IMG/VR virus record: IMGVR_UViG_3300048852_000130
Location: 1-28,352 of that record
Direction: 5' to 3' (one strand)
DNA length: 28,352 nucleotides
Origin: a virus
Taxonomy: Duplodnaviria > Caudoviricetes
In this document: positions 1-9,190 of the stretch, in pieces
Numbering within the stretch: position 1 is the stretch's first letter
Layout: each line of letters starts with the position of its first letter
The notes under the pieces: model-generated
Database searches by the model: none
What the model was told of the DNA's origin: nothing
Seen by the model: the letters and a program-made list of their open reading frames with translations, nothing else
Made by a program: the position numbers and the translations under genes

Positions 1-126
1 TTCGCCCGCCGGCTCAAGACGCTCAGCGGGCTCACGCCCTACGAATACATCGCCAAGATATGGACGTCAGAGCCAGACCGGTTCATCGTCGACCCGATCC
101 ACCAGATGCCGGGACTAAACACCTAG
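1..126 (+). mobile_element. 3' end of an IS481-family transposase and right end of the IS (truncated by window edge)
   Basis: Frame 1 reads FARRLKTLSGLTPYEYIAKIWTSEPDRFIVDPIHQMPGLNT*, a typical IS481 C-terminus. The element ends ...GGACTAAACA (121), followed by CCTAGG, an NCTAGN-type target that supplies the stop codon. Confidence 0.8.
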
Positions 127-180
127 GGTCAGGACTCATAAGTCTTTCCCAAACTGGCTCACTGGCGATCCATCAGCGGC

Positions 181-492
181 GTGTTACAAGATGGCATGCT
201 GGACCAGATACGCAGCGCGGTTGATGGCATTCCGGTCGCTATCGTGGCGTTCGCGACGCCGCCTGCTCTGTGGGCCAAAGCAGCATGGGCTTCTCCATTT
301 CTGAGAACATACAGACACGGCATATCAGGGATGCTCTCAATCATCGCTGGCGCCCTGATGGCGGCCTCAGTCTGGGGCGACGAAGCCACGTTCCCTATTT
401 TCCTCATTGGGGCGGCAATCACGTTGGCAGCCATGTTCTACGCCTTGCTTTGGCCGCCCGCCGGCAGGCCGCCCAAGCGAACGATCCACTAG
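181..492 (+). CDS. Small membrane protein, IS passenger, function unknown
   Basis: 103-aa ORF with about 3 hydrophobic segments, inside the IS IRs and convergent with the transposase. Start could be the ATG at 196. Confidence 0.5.
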   Translation: MLQDGMLDQIRSAVDGIPVAIVAFATPPALWAKAAWASPFLRTYRHGISGMLSIIAGALMAASVWGDEATFPIFLIGAAITLAAMFYALLWPPAGRPPKRTIH

Positions 493-502
493 CCGCTATG
501 AG

Positions 503-1260
503 TCATAACCACCACGTGATGGCAGCGGCGAGGTAGATCGCTGCGAGGAAGTTAGTGGCGAGCTTGTCGTATCTGGTGGCGATGCGGCGGTAGTCCTTCA
601 GGCGGCAGAACATGCGCTCCACCGCGTTGCGGCCCTTATAGAGCGAGCGCGAGAAGCAGCTTTTCCAGCGCCGGTTGGCCTTGGACGGGATGTTGGGGAC
701 CGCGCCCTGACGCTCGATCAGGTTGCGGATCGCGTTGCTGTCGTAGGCTTTGTCGCCCAGCACGATGGTGCGCGGCGCGAGATCGTCGAGCAACACATCG
801 GCTGCACGGCAGTCGGCGACCTGACCGCCGGTCAGCAGGAAGCGGATCGGTCGACCTTCGCCATCGGTGAGCGCGTGAAGCTTGCTGTTGCGGCCACCGC
901 GGCTGATGCCGATCGCCTGGAGGAGCGCCCCCCTTTTCCACCGCCTGCCGAGCGATGTGCCTTCATATGGGTGCTGTCGATCAGAACCTCGGCAGGCGGT
1001 CCGCCGGCTGCCGCCAGCGTGACGAACAGATCCTGCCACACGCCCTTCGCCGCCCATCGGACGAACCGGTTGTAGAGTGTCTTGCGCGGCCCATAGATCG
1101 CTGGAGCATCGACCCAGCGCCCGCCCGACTTCACAACATGGATGATGCCGCTGATCCCCCGCCGGTCATCGACCCGGGCAACGCCCCGCACCTTGTTTGG
1201 CAGCATCGGCCGCAGCCGGTCGAACTGCTCTTCGCTCAACCAGAATTCGCTCAAGTCCAC
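503..1260 (-). CDS. IS5-family transposase, orfA (832-1260) + orfB joined by a -1 frameshift
   Basis: orfA has LSEEQF..RGVARVDDRR..YGPRKTLYNRFVRW..IDST. orfB has SRGG..SKLH..DKAYDS..RNAVERMFCRLKDYRRIATRYDK. Slippery AAAAGGGGGG on - at 928-937. Confidence 0.9.
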
Positions 1261-1332
1261 GCTCCCGCTATCGCGGAGCCTGAATCACAATCCGGTCGCC
1301 GAGGGAATCCTGTTTATGGGTCCCGATCCTAA

Positions 1333-1355
1333 GGTGTCATCGTTTCAACGACACC
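1333..1355 (-). terminator. Hairpin downstream of hicB (U-tract short, possibly interrupted by the IS)
   Basis: Minus strand GGTGTCGTTG-AAA-CGATGACACC, then TTA, then the IS end. Confidence 0.45.
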
Positions 1356-1367
1356 GCCGATCTCAGC

Positions 1368-1760
1368 CTAGTGCGCCAGCTCTATTTCGTTCCGCGCCGC
1401 CTCAGCAAGGAAGGCGCTACGCGTCAGTTTGCGCGCGGCCGCCGCGGCGTCGATGGCATCGAGCACGCCGCGGTCCAGCGAAATATTGACGCGCACCGGC
1501 TTGCCGAGGCGCGAGACGCGCGGGACCGCGATCAGAAATGCGCCGTGCGCCAGATCGTCCGCATACTCGGCCGCGATCGCCGCCGCGTCGCGAGGCTCAA
1601 CCTCGTCCTGATCTTCAAACCACAGGTCCATCGCCTCGGCGGCGTTACGGACCACATCCTCCAGCCGATCGGCCGCGGAAAAGCACCCGGGAAGATCGGG
1701 AAAGGTCACGCCATAGGCGCTGTCCGGATCCTTGTGCACGATTGCGAAATAGGTCTTCAT
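1368..1760 (-). CDS. hicB: HicB antitoxin (partial RNase H fold + ribbon-helix-helix)
   Basis: MKTYFAIVHKDPDSAYGVTFPDLPGCFSAAD..; C-terminal VRVNISL..IDAAA..LTRSAFLAEAA RHH motif. Confidence 0.93.
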   Translation of the reverse strand: MKTYFAIVHKDPDSAYGVTFPDLPGCFSAADRLEDVVRNAAEAMDLWFEDQDEVEPRDAAAIAAEYADDLAHGAFLIAVPRVSRLGKPVRVNISLDRGVLDAIDAAAAARKLTRSAFLAEAARNEIELAH

Positions 1761-1782
1761 TCTCGTCTCCATCCCGGCCGGA

Positions 1783-1965
1783 TCAGATCCAGCCGACGAA
1801 CTTGGCAATGGCGCGGGCGGTGCCGGTCGGCAGGTCCTTCTTCGGGTGCGGCACGATCACCGAGCGGCCATCCCTGCCGAACTTGTGGTGCGACCCGCGG
1901 ACCGAGATCAGCTCCCACCCTTCGGCGGTGAGGCGCTGGATGATCTTTCGGCTGTCCCGTTCCAT
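1783..1965 (-). CDS. hicA: HicA mRNA interferase toxin
   Basis: 60 aa with GW..VRGSHHKF..VIVPHPKKDLPTGTARAI, directly upstream of hicB. Confidence 0.93.
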   Translation of the reverse strand: MERDSRKIIQRLTAEGWELISVRGSHHKFGRDGRSVIVPHPKKDLPTGTARAIAKFVGWI

Positions 1966-1972
1966 GCGCAAA

Positions 1973-2025
1973 TAAATACACACCGTACCGCTGAGTGTCA
2001 ACGGATGTGTGTATAAATATACACA
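1973..2025 (-). promoter_or_regulatory. hicAB promoter and palindromic operator
   Basis: Minus strand TTGACA (1996-2001), 17 nt, TATTTA, 7 nt, ATG. Perfect palindrome TGTGTATA-AA-TATACACA at 2008-2025, with a half-site over the -10. Confidence 0.7.
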
Positions 2026-2034
2026 TGCTCACAG

Positions 2035-3039
2035 CTAGGCGGCCAGCTCCAATTGCACTCGAGTCGTAAAGCCGCCGCTGCTGTCGAGCTGGTGCTCCGC
2101 CTCGGCCAGGAGCCAACTCGTGCCGTCGATCTCGGACTTGAAACCCTCGGCGCGAACCTTCTGCTCGGGATAGAGATCCAGGCGCGCATATGCCAGCGTG
2201 AGCCCCAGCTTGCGAGGCGCGCGTGCACCGCGTTTCGCCTCGGCTTCGGCAGCGCGGCGCGCCGCTTCCTCGGAGGGGTAGACACGGGCAAGTTTGCGAT
2301 CGGGGCCGTCGCCAGAACCCGCGGTGACAGTCTTCTTCTTTGCGCCCTTGCGGTCATGCCAGGAGGCAGTCACCTTCCCGGCGGCCTCACGCTTCTCGAT
2401 CCGGAAGCTGTGGCGATCGCCGTCACGCCGGCGGATGATGGCCGAGGGGAGGGGCTGGCCGCCCGCGGCGATGCCGGCGCCGATCGGCGCGAAGATCAGC
2501 GCGCCTGCCTTGATCGTGGCGACGGCGTCATGTTCGCGTCCCAGGCGGCGCAGGAGGGCCAGGTCGCTTTCGCGGGACTGGGAGAGCGACTTGACCCCGA
2601 CCGACGCCAGGGCGGCCGCGCAGCGCGGCGTGAGGCTGTGTCGGCCCGCGATCTGGCGAACGACGGCGCCCAGAGTGGTGTCATGCCAGCTCTGATCGCG
2701 GCGGGTGGCGATCGCGCTGGTAAAGGCCGCTGCCCGCGCGCGAATCGTGACGGTGTCCGGGGGGCCGGAATGCTCCACTTCATCGACGACGAATCGGCCC
2801 TTGTCGACCAAGCCGAGCGCAACGTCCCGGCCGGCCTTCCACCCGAGCTGCAGCGTTAGGACCGCTCCCTCCGGCGGGAGCGCAAGGCGGCCGTCGCTGT
2901 CGTCGAGCACCAGGTCGAGCTGATCGGCTTCGCCGCCGCGCTTCTCGGCAAGCCGCAGTGAGATCAGGCGAGGGCGGATCCTGGGAGACAGATCCTCGCT
3001 GCCGAGCAGCACGCGGAAATCGGGGATGGCTACGTTCAT
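2035..3039 (-). CDS. gpD: P2 gpD-like late control / baseplate hub protein
   Basis: RLISLRL..ADQLDLVLDDSDG..GLVDKGRFVVDEVEHSGPPD..Q..ESDLALLRRL; follows U. Confidence 0.9.
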   Translation of the reverse strand: MNVAIPDFRVLLGSEDLSPRIRPRLISLRLAEKRGGEADQLDLVLDDSDGRLALPPEGAVLTLQLGWKAGRDVALGLVDKGRFVVDEVEHSGPPDTVTIRARAAAFTSAIATRRDQSWHDTTLGAVVRQIAGRHSLTPRCAAALASVGVKSLSQSRESDLALLRRLGREHDAVATIKAGALIFAPIGAGIAAGGQPLPSAIIRRRDGDRHSFRIEKREAAGKVTASWHDRKGAKKKTVTAGSGDGPDRKLARVYPSEEAARRAAEAEAKRGARAPRKLGLTLAYARLDLYPEQKVRAEGFKSEIDGTSWLLAEAEHQLDSSGGFTTRVQLELAA

Positions 3040-3443
3040 ACGCCGCTGCGTGCGGCGCCCTCGGCCGCATCAACTTCAAGCAGATCGATGCCGAAATCGA
3101 TCATCCGGGCCGTGCCGTCGGGCAGGAAGTGCGTCTGCCGCTCATCGATCCCAGTGATGACGAAGGCGCCGTAGACCCTGCCGGCGCCGTCGACCAGGGA
3201 CCAGGCCTCGCCGCCGTTCGCCATGTCGCGCAGAGTGTCGAGCGAGACACGACCATCCATCAGCTCAGCCGGGGCGCTGCCGCTGAGTGAAATGGTGGCC
3301 GAATCGGGCCCGACATACTGGACGGCGTCGCGCGCGCCGACACGAGCGCTGCGCGCGTGGCGCCAGGACTGGCGGCGCTGCAGCTCCTGGAAGGCGAGGG
3401 TTGGAAGCGAGAACGCGAACATGCCAAGGCTCATCATCGTCAT
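3036..3443 (-). CDS. gpU: P2 gpU-like tail protein
   Basis: MMSLGMFAFSLPTLAFQELQR..WRH..RVGAR..QYVGP..LVDGAGRVYG.FVI. Confidence 0.9.
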   Translation of the reverse strand: MTMMSLGMFAFSLPTLAFQELQRRQSWRHARSARVGARDAVQYVGPDSATISLSGSAPAELMDGRVSLDTLRDMANGGEAWSLVDGAGRVYGAFVITGIDERQTHFLPDGTARMIDFGIDLLEVDAAEGAARSGV

Positions 3444-5920
3444 GCGTCGGCTCCATCGGGCAGATCGAGCATGGTGCTGCGCCGTGCGGCCCGGCGATCG
3501 CCTTCAGCCCGCTCCAGCTCGGCGCGCACGGCGCGCGCGAGATCCTGCGCCGACTGCCCCGGAAGCTGGTGAATGTGGATCTCGATCTTGGTCATCGCCG
3601 GCGGTGGGCCACCGGACGGGCCGGCCGGCGCCGCCGCTGTGGGCATCGCGGTAGCCGCGGCACCAGCGGCGAGCGCGCTCATAAGCTCGCGTGAGAGCGA
3701 CTGGATCCGCTGCACGGGCTCCGCTTGCCCGCGCAGAATGCCCTGGTCGAGGCCCTGCATCATAAAACCGCCGAACCCGGCGAAAACCCGCGACGGCGAG
3801 CGGATGCCTAGCTTCGCCTTGAACCAGTTGGCGGCCGAGGTCGCGGCATTCACGATGGTCGCATGGAGCTGCCCGAGCATGCCGGTGATACCGCGGATGA
3901 GCCCTCGGACCAGGTCCCCGCCGGCTGAGACGAGCTGGCTGGCCATGTCGCCGCGCAGCCAAGCGAGGAGGGCCATGAAACCCTTAAGCAGCAGCCCCTG
4001 CGGCGTGAAGTTGAGGAGGAGCTGGCCGATCGCGTTGATGCTGGTGAAGAAGAAGTTCTTGATGCCCTGCCACAACCGACCGAACCACGCGGCGATGCCG
4101 TTCCAGTTTTCGTAAAGGTAGTAGCCCGCAGCCGCGAGTGCGCCCACTCCGAGAACGACGCCACCGACGATGCCGATCAGCGGCGCCATCCCGATGCCCA
4201 GTACCGCCGCCGTTGCCGATAGCGCGGCGAAGGGCGCGGCGAGGCCGGCGATGACGATAGCGCCGCCCCCTAGCACCATGAACAAGCCCGAGACCGCGGC
4301 TGTTGCGAAGAGCAGGGATTTGGTCAGCCTAGGATGACGTTGCGTCCAGGCTGAAATCCTCTCGGTTACGGCCGCGGCCATTGCGGCAACCCGGTTGGCG
4401 GCGGGCAGGAGCTGGGTGCCGAGCGAGATGGCGGGCGTTTGGGCGCTGACCCTCAACGATCTCGCCTGCTCGGCCGAGTCCTTCATGCGCTCGGCGAAGT
4501 CGCGATCGGTGGTGCCGCTTGCGGAGCCAGCCTCCGCGCGGATCCGGCGATATTCCTCGAGGTTGGCAATCAGCGGTCGTAGCGCCTGCTGCACCTGAGC
4601 ATCTTCGAAAAGATAGCCGAGCTTCGACATATCGCCGCCCAAGGTTCTCTGGGTAAGCTCGGCGATCGCCTCGAGGGGCGTCTTGCCCTCCTGGTAGGCG
4701 CGCTTGAGCGCCGCCGGCAGATCGACGCCGTAGTTCTTCTCGAACGCACGCACCGTCGCCGGCGACGTGATCTTCTGCAGGAGATTGGCGACGTTGGTGG
4801 CGGCACTGGCGGAATCGCCGGCGCCCTTGCGCGCGATCTGCAGCGCGGCCGAGAGATCCGCCACCGCGGGCACGCCCTTCTGCCCAAGCGCCTGGTAGCT
4901 GGCGGTGAGCGTCGGGAAGTACTGCGCCATGTCGCGCATCTCGAATGCGCCCGCCTTGCCCGCCGCGGCCATCACGTCGATGACACGCGCGGTCTGATCG
5001 ACGGGCACTTTGAGGTTGTCGCTCACCGCGAAGGCTGCGGCCGACAGATCCGAGATCTGCGCCTTATACGCCGTTGCGGCGCGCCCGATCGGTGCCATCA
5101 TCCGCGTCGCCTCGCGCGGATCGAGGCCGAATCCGGAAAGCGCGTCGACGCCGGCCTGCAGATCCGCAGGCATCTGATTTGACGCACGGGCGGCGGCGAG
5201 CAACGCTACGCCCATTCGCTCACCCTCGAGGCGCGAGAGGTTCGCCTTCTGGGCAATGTCGGTCATTGCCGACTGGTACTGCTGCGCGGCGGCGATAGCC
5301 CCGACCACAGGGCGTCCCATCGCCTGACCGGTCTGAATTGCAGCGAAACCGCCGGCGGCAAGGCCGGTGGCCCCGTTCTGGATCGAGGAGAAGCGCTCGC
5401 GCCCCGCGGCGAAACGGCGAGCGCGCGTGTCGGCAGCCTGCAGGCGACGGCCATGCTCCTGCAGCTCGGTATTGGTGCGGGCGATCGCGGCGCGCAGCTC
5501 GCGCTGGTGGGCGGCCAGGCCGTCCGCGCCGAGGCCCGCCTCGCGCATGCGATTGCGAACCTGCTGAAGCTCGGTCGACTGCTGCTCGTGCTGGATCTTG
5601 AGCGCCGAGGCCGCTCGTCTCGCGTTGTCGAAGTCGCGCGCGAGCTTGCGGGAAGGCGTGCCCGCCGCATCCATCTCGCGGGCGAGCCCGGCGACCCGCG
5701 CCTGTGCGCTGCCGAGCTGCGCCTCTGTGGTGCGCAGACCCATCTTCAGCGAACGGAAGGCACCGATATCGGCCTGTGCCTGCTCGAGCTGCTTGAGGCG
5801 ATCGCGAGTTTCCTTGAGGGCGCGTCCGGTCCTGGTGGAGCCGCTGGCGATGTTGCGCAGCGGCCCGGTGACCTTCTCGCTCGCCTCGAGCAGCATGCGG
5901 ATGCGGAGATTGCGGTCCAA
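3440..5920 (-). CDS. gpT: Tail tape measure protein
   Basis: 826-aa Ala-rich coiled coil with a hydrophobic segment and KLGIRSPSRVF motif; lies between E/E' and U. Confidence 0.92.
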   Translation of the reverse strand: MDRNLRIRMLLEASEKVTGPLRNIASGSTRTGRALKETRDRLKQLEQAQADIGAFRSLKMGLRTTEAQLGSAQARVAGLAREMDAAGTPSRKLARDFDNARRAASALKIQHEQQSTELQQVRNRMREAGLGADGLAAHQRELRAAIARTNTELQEHGRRLQAADTRARRFAAGRERFSSIQNGATGLAAGGFAAIQTGQAMGRPVVGAIAAAQQYQSAMTDIAQKANLSRLEGERMGVALLAAARASNQMPADLQAGVDALSGFGLDPREATRMMAPIGRAATAYKAQISDLSAAAFAVSDNLKVPVDQTARVIDVMAAAGKAGAFEMRDMAQYFPTLTASYQALGQKGVPAVADLSAALQIARKGAGDSASAATNVANLLQKITSPATVRAFEKNYGVDLPAALKRAYQEGKTPLEAIAELTQRTLGGDMSKLGYLFEDAQVQQALRPLIANLEEYRRIRAEAGSASGTTDRDFAERMKDSAEQARSLRVSAQTPAISLGTQLLPAANRVAAMAAAVTERISAWTQRHPRLTKSLLFATAAVSGLFMVLGGGAIVIAGLAAPFAALSATAAVLGIGMAPLIGIVGGVVLGVGALAAAGYYLYENWNGIAAWFGRLWQGIKNFFFTSINAIGQLLLNFTPQGLLLKGFMALLAWLRGDMASQLVSAGGDLVRGLIRGITGMLGQLHATIVNAATSAANWFKAKLGIRSPSRVFAGFGGFMMQGLDQGILRGQAEPVQRIQSLSRELMSALAAGAAATAMPTAAAPAGPSGGPPPAMTKIEIHIHQLPGQSAQDLARAVRAELERAEGDRRAARRSTMLDLPDGADA

Positions 5921-5924
5921 GAGG

Positions 5925-6107
5925 CTAGTCCTTCACGCCGTTCATCGCCTTGAGCCGCTCGATCGCGCGGGCATGCCATCCCATCAGCTCGGGCAGGCTC
6001 ATCGGATCCATGACCGAGGGCGACCAGTGGAAGACGCTCGCCACGTCGGCCATAACTTCGTCTACGCTTGCGGGAAGTCCGGCTTCGCGGCCTGCGGCAG
6101 CAAAAAA
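5925..6107 (-). CDS. gpE': gpE' extension of the tail assembly chaperone, reached by -1 frameshift
   Basis: P2-type slippery TTTTTTG on - at 6101-6107; the shifted frame gives MADVASVFHWSPSVMDPMSLPELMGWHARA. Confidence 0.85.
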   Translation of the reverse strand, partial: FFAAAGREAGLPASVDEVMADVASVFHWSPSVMDPMSLPELMGWHARAIERLKAMNGVKD

Positions 6108-6397
6108 TCCAGCACCTCCGCGCCGAACTGCATCAGGTCCGCAGGATCCATGATCGCGCCCTTGTGGATCATCGGCGTGGTGATGCGGGGCGCCAGCGAC
6201 TCGAGCTGCAGGACGTCGAGCTGGAAGAGCGACTGGAGCTGCAGACCGCGCAGCTCGCCCGAGCCGGGCTTGCGAACCTGGATCCTGGTGCCCTTGGCGA
6301 TCAGTTCCTTGTCGCCGAGCATGATCGGGGCTTCGGTGGTGAAGCTGCGCTGGGCAGGGCTGTCGTTCGCGGCGGGCGTGGATTGGACGGTTTCCAT
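6062..6397 (-). CDS. gpE: Tail assembly chaperone gpE
   Basis: VRKPGSGELRGL..LAPRITTP..MDPADLMQFGAEVLDFLLP; follows FII. Confidence 0.88.
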   Translation of the reverse strand: METVQSTPAANDSPAQRSFTTEAPIMLGDKELIAKGTRIQVRKPGSGELRGLQLQSLFQLDVLQLESLAPRITTPMIHKGAIMDPADLMQFGAEVLDFLLPQAAKPDFPQA

Positions 6398-6456
6398 GGT
6401 AACTGGCTTTCTGCAGGAGAAGGGGAGGGCCGCGCCAAACGACGCGGCCCAAAGGA

Positions 6457-6963
6457 TCAGCTCACGGCCGCGCGGATCTCGGCCATGCGATCGATGCCGC
6501 CGACGATGAAGACGCCGTTCAGCACGTCGATCTCGATCTCGGTGATGCCGTTCCAGTCGAGGCGGTAGTAGGTGAGGGCGGACTTGACCTTGAACTCGCC
6601 GCCCTCGCCGGGCTTCGCCTCGCCCATGTCGATCTCTTCGTGTCGGCCGCGGACGGTGATCTCGACCGTGTCGACGCTGCCGGTGCCATCGTCCTGATAG
6701 GCGCCGGCGAAGCGGAGGAAGGCGCCGGAGATGCTGGTGAGGCCGTATTGGCGCAGAACATCGCGCATCGGGCCGCCGGTGGTGAACTCCAGCTCGAGCG
6801 GCTCGGCGCCCATGTCGATCTTGACGGTGCCGTCCATGCCACCGCCACGCCAATCCTCGAGCTTCCGGGTGAGCTTGGGGAGGGTGACGCTGGCAACCAG
6901 GCCGAGATAGCTCAGGCCTTCGTTGAACAGGTTGAGGGATTTCAGCTTGCGGGGAAGGGCCAT
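6457..6963 (-). CDS. gpFII: Major tail tube protein FII
   Basis: MALPRKLKSLNLFNEG..VTLPKLTRKLEDWRGGGMDG, the P2 FII signature. Confidence 0.95.
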   Translation of the reverse strand: MALPRKLKSLNLFNEGLSYLGLVASVTLPKLTRKLEDWRGGGMDGTVKIDMGAEPLELEFTTGGPMRDVLRQYGLTSISGAFLRFAGAYQDDGTGSVDTVEITVRGRHEEIDMGEAKPGEGGEFKVKSALTYYRLDWNGITEIEIDVLNGVFIVGGIDRMAEIRAAVS

Positions 6964-7009
6964 CGATCAGCTCCTGAGACTTGGGAAAAGGGGGGCGGGC
7001 GGCGCCGGT

Positions 7010-8161
7010 TCAGCCCTGGCCGAGCGAGAAGTCGGCCAGGTAGGAATCGGTGATGCGCTGCGTGAGGGTCAGGTGCTCAAGCGGCGGCACCGGCGTGTAA
7101 TCATAGTCGATCACCAGCTTGCCCCCGGCGAGCGACGTCGTCGGGTTCTTCTCCGGATCGAACCAGGCGCGACCGTCGATGAGCTGGCCTGCGGCCTTCA
7201 TCTCGCGGATCTTGCCGTTGATCGTCTCGACGATATCCTTGACCAGGCTGGGGCGCAGCGGCTTGTCGATCGCCCACATCATGCCCTCGGCAATTGTATC
7301 CATCAGGACCTGCGCAGTGCGCGTGGCGCTTTCGAAGACGAAATGCGGCTCCTCCGCGCAGGTGCGGCTGCCCCAAATGCGGAAGCCGCCGCCCGCGCGG
7401 ATCAACGCGCTCACCTCGGCGGCGCCCAGCAGGTTCGCTTCGCAGTTCTCATCCTGGACATCGAACTGGACGTCTTTGGTGAGGCCGACGACGCCCTGCA
7501 CCGGCACGTTGGAGATCGTCTTGTGGAAACCCTGCTCGGTATCGATCCGTGCGCGAAGCCCAAGCGCCCGGGCGGTGCCGAAGCTGGTGACGTTCGCCTC
7601 GGCCGCCGTGTCGAATGCGACAAAGTCGGGATAGATGAGCATCAGCTCGCGCGCCGTGAAATTGGCACGATAGGCGATCGCTTCGGTGACGGTGTCGCCG
7701 ACCGCCGCCGCATAGGCCATGGCGCGCAGCTTCTGGGCAATCACGATCATCGCCGTAGTCACCGCCTGGGTATCGAGCCCTGGCGCCCCGATTATGCGCG
7801 GCTTGACGCCGACCTGCGCTTCGGCCGCGAGCAGCGCCTGCATGCCGCTCTTCACGCCGTTCACGTCGTCGCCGATCACCGCCGCATCGGTGGCGGCAGC
7901 ATCGGCGCCGGGTGCGACGCGCACCACCACCACAGGGCAGCGGGCCTGGTCCGCGATGGCCCGCAGTGCGTTGCGAAGCGTGCCGGTGGCGCCGGCGACG
8001 CCGATCGCGGCCTCGATGTCCGTCACCAGGGCGGGGCGGTCGAGGGGGAAGGCGGCGGCATCGGCCGCTGGGGCGGTTGCGACCAGGCCGATCACGGCGG
8101 TAGCGACGGTGGCGAGGCTGCGCGTGCCTTCAGTGACTTCGGTGATCGTGATTCCGTGCAT
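7010..8161 (-). CDS. gpFI: Tail sheath protein FI
   Basis: HGIT..TAVIGLV.TA..GVKPRIIGAPGLD..A.ALGLRA.ID..GFHKTISNV..GFRIWG.RT..DYDYTPVPPLE. Confidence 0.95.
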   Translation of the reverse strand: MHGITITEVTEGTRSLATVATAVIGLVATAPAADAAAFPLDRPALVTDIEAAIGVAGATGTLRNALRAIADQARCPVVVVRVAPGADAAATDAAVIGDDVNGVKSGMQALLAAEAQVGVKPRIIGAPGLDTQAVTTAMIVIAQKLRAMAYAAAVGDTVTEAIAYRANFTARELMLIYPDFVAFDTAAEANVTSFGTARALGLRARIDTEQGFHKTISNVPVQGVVGLTKDVQFDVQDENCEANLLGAAEVSALIRAGGGFRIWGSRTCAEEPHFVFESATRTAQVLMDTIAEGMMWAIDKPLRPSLVKDIVETINGKIREMKAAGQLIDGRAWFDPEKNPTTSLAGGKLVIDYDYTPVPPLEHLTLTQRITDSYLADFSLGQG

Positions 8162-8173
8162 GGAAAGCTCCCT

Positions 8174-8545
8174 TCAGGCGTAGACGGTAAGGCCGCCGCG
8201 CGAGGCGAGCGGCACGGTGATGCGGGTGCGGACGTTGGGGCGGGCGACGTCGGTGCGGCGTCCCTCGACGATCACGTTGAAAGCGCCGGGGCCGGTCTGC
8301 TCGAGCGCGACGCGCGTGAGGGCGATGCGAGGCTCCCAGCGCAGCAGGGCGAGCGCGGTGGCCGCATAGATCCGGATCCTGCCCGCCGCATTGGCCGGCT
8401 GATCGATTAGATCCATCAGGAGCGAGCCATAGTCGCGGCGCGCAACACGGGTGCCGATCGGCGTGGTCAGGATATCCGCGATGGATTGACGGAGGTGATC
8501 CTCCCCCTCGAGCGGCTTTCCAGTGTGCGCGTCCATTCCGTTCAT
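8174..8545 (-). CDS. gpW: Baseplate wedge gpW (gp25-like)
   Basis: GMDAHTGK..HLRQSIADILTTPIGTRVARRDYGS..ALLRWEPRI. Confidence 0.93.
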   Translation of the reverse strand: MNGMDAHTGKPLEGEDHLRQSIADILTTPIGTRVARRDYGSLLMDLIDQPANAAGRIRIYAATALALLRWEPRIALTRVALEQTGPGAFNVIVEGRRTDVARPNVRTRITVPLASRGGLTVYA

Positions 8546-9114
8546 GCCGGCGGTCCCGACTGCGCCCCGCCCGCCTGGACGCCGGTGTGCTTGTGGCTCT
8601 TGAGGCTCTTGCCGCCGCCGATCACGTCGTCGCTGGCGGTGACCGTCTCGCTCACTTCCACCGAGCCGGCGATCTGCACGTCGCCGGTGATCACGGTGTC
8701 GGCGGTGATCGTCAGCCCGCCGGGTGCCACCATCTCGGCCGTGCCGCCGGCGGCGATCTCGATCTTAAGCGCGTGCGCCTCGGGATCGTAGGAGAGCTGT
8801 GTGCCATCCTTGAAGGCGATCATCACGAGCGGATCGGACGAGGGGGCAGGGTGCGCGTCCGAGAACAGGCCTGTCACGGCAATGCCGGCCTCGGTGTCAC
8901 CTTCCGCGCAGAAGAGCAGGCACTGCTCGCCAACACTCGGCGGCGACCAGATCCGGACCAGTTCTCCAGCTCGAGGAGCAAGCCAAGGGATGTCCCCGGT
9001 GACGTTGTCACCCACGCGGACACGGCACGTCGCTTCGCCCAGGTCGACGCTCTCGATCGTCCCCAGGCGAAGGATGTTGCCAATGATGCGGCGCGGATCC
9101 GGCAGATCGCTCAT
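8542..9114 (-). CDS. gpV: Baseplate spike gpV
   Basis: NILRLGTI..PWL..RAG..WSPPSVGEQ..; C-terminal SLKSHKHTGV (HxH metal site). Confidence 0.93.
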   Translation of the reverse strand: MSDLPDPRRIIGNILRLGTIESVDLGEATCRVRVGDNVTGDIPWLAPRAGELVRIWSPPSVGEQCLLFCAEGDTEAGIAVTGLFSDAHPAPSSDPLVMIAFKDGTQLSYDPEAHALKIEIAAGGTAEMVAPGGLTITADTVITGDVQIAGSVEVSETVTASDDVIGGGKSLKSHKHTGVQAGGAQSGPPA

Positions 9115-9160
9115 GGTGGCGGACAATGCCGCCGGCGGGGCAGCTTCGCGCGAGGTGAAC

Positions 9161-9183
9161 CTTGTAGAGAGCGTTTCTACAAG
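9161..9183. promoter_or_regulatory. Late-promoter activator palindrome upstream of V
   Basis: CTTGTAGA-GAGCGTT-TCTACAAG; the same motif occurs at 13473 and 23089. Confidence 0.75.
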
Positions 9184-9190
9184 GGGAGCG

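Larger units (their letters stand above)
126..1329 (-). mobile_element. IS5-family (IS427 group) insertion sequence carrying a passenger gene
   Basis: Imperfect terminal IRs GGGTCAGGACTCATAA (126-141) and revcomp GGATCGGGACCCATAA (1314-1329), 13/16 identical. TA flanks both sides (124-125, 1330-1331). A split transposase lies inside. Confidence 0.85.
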
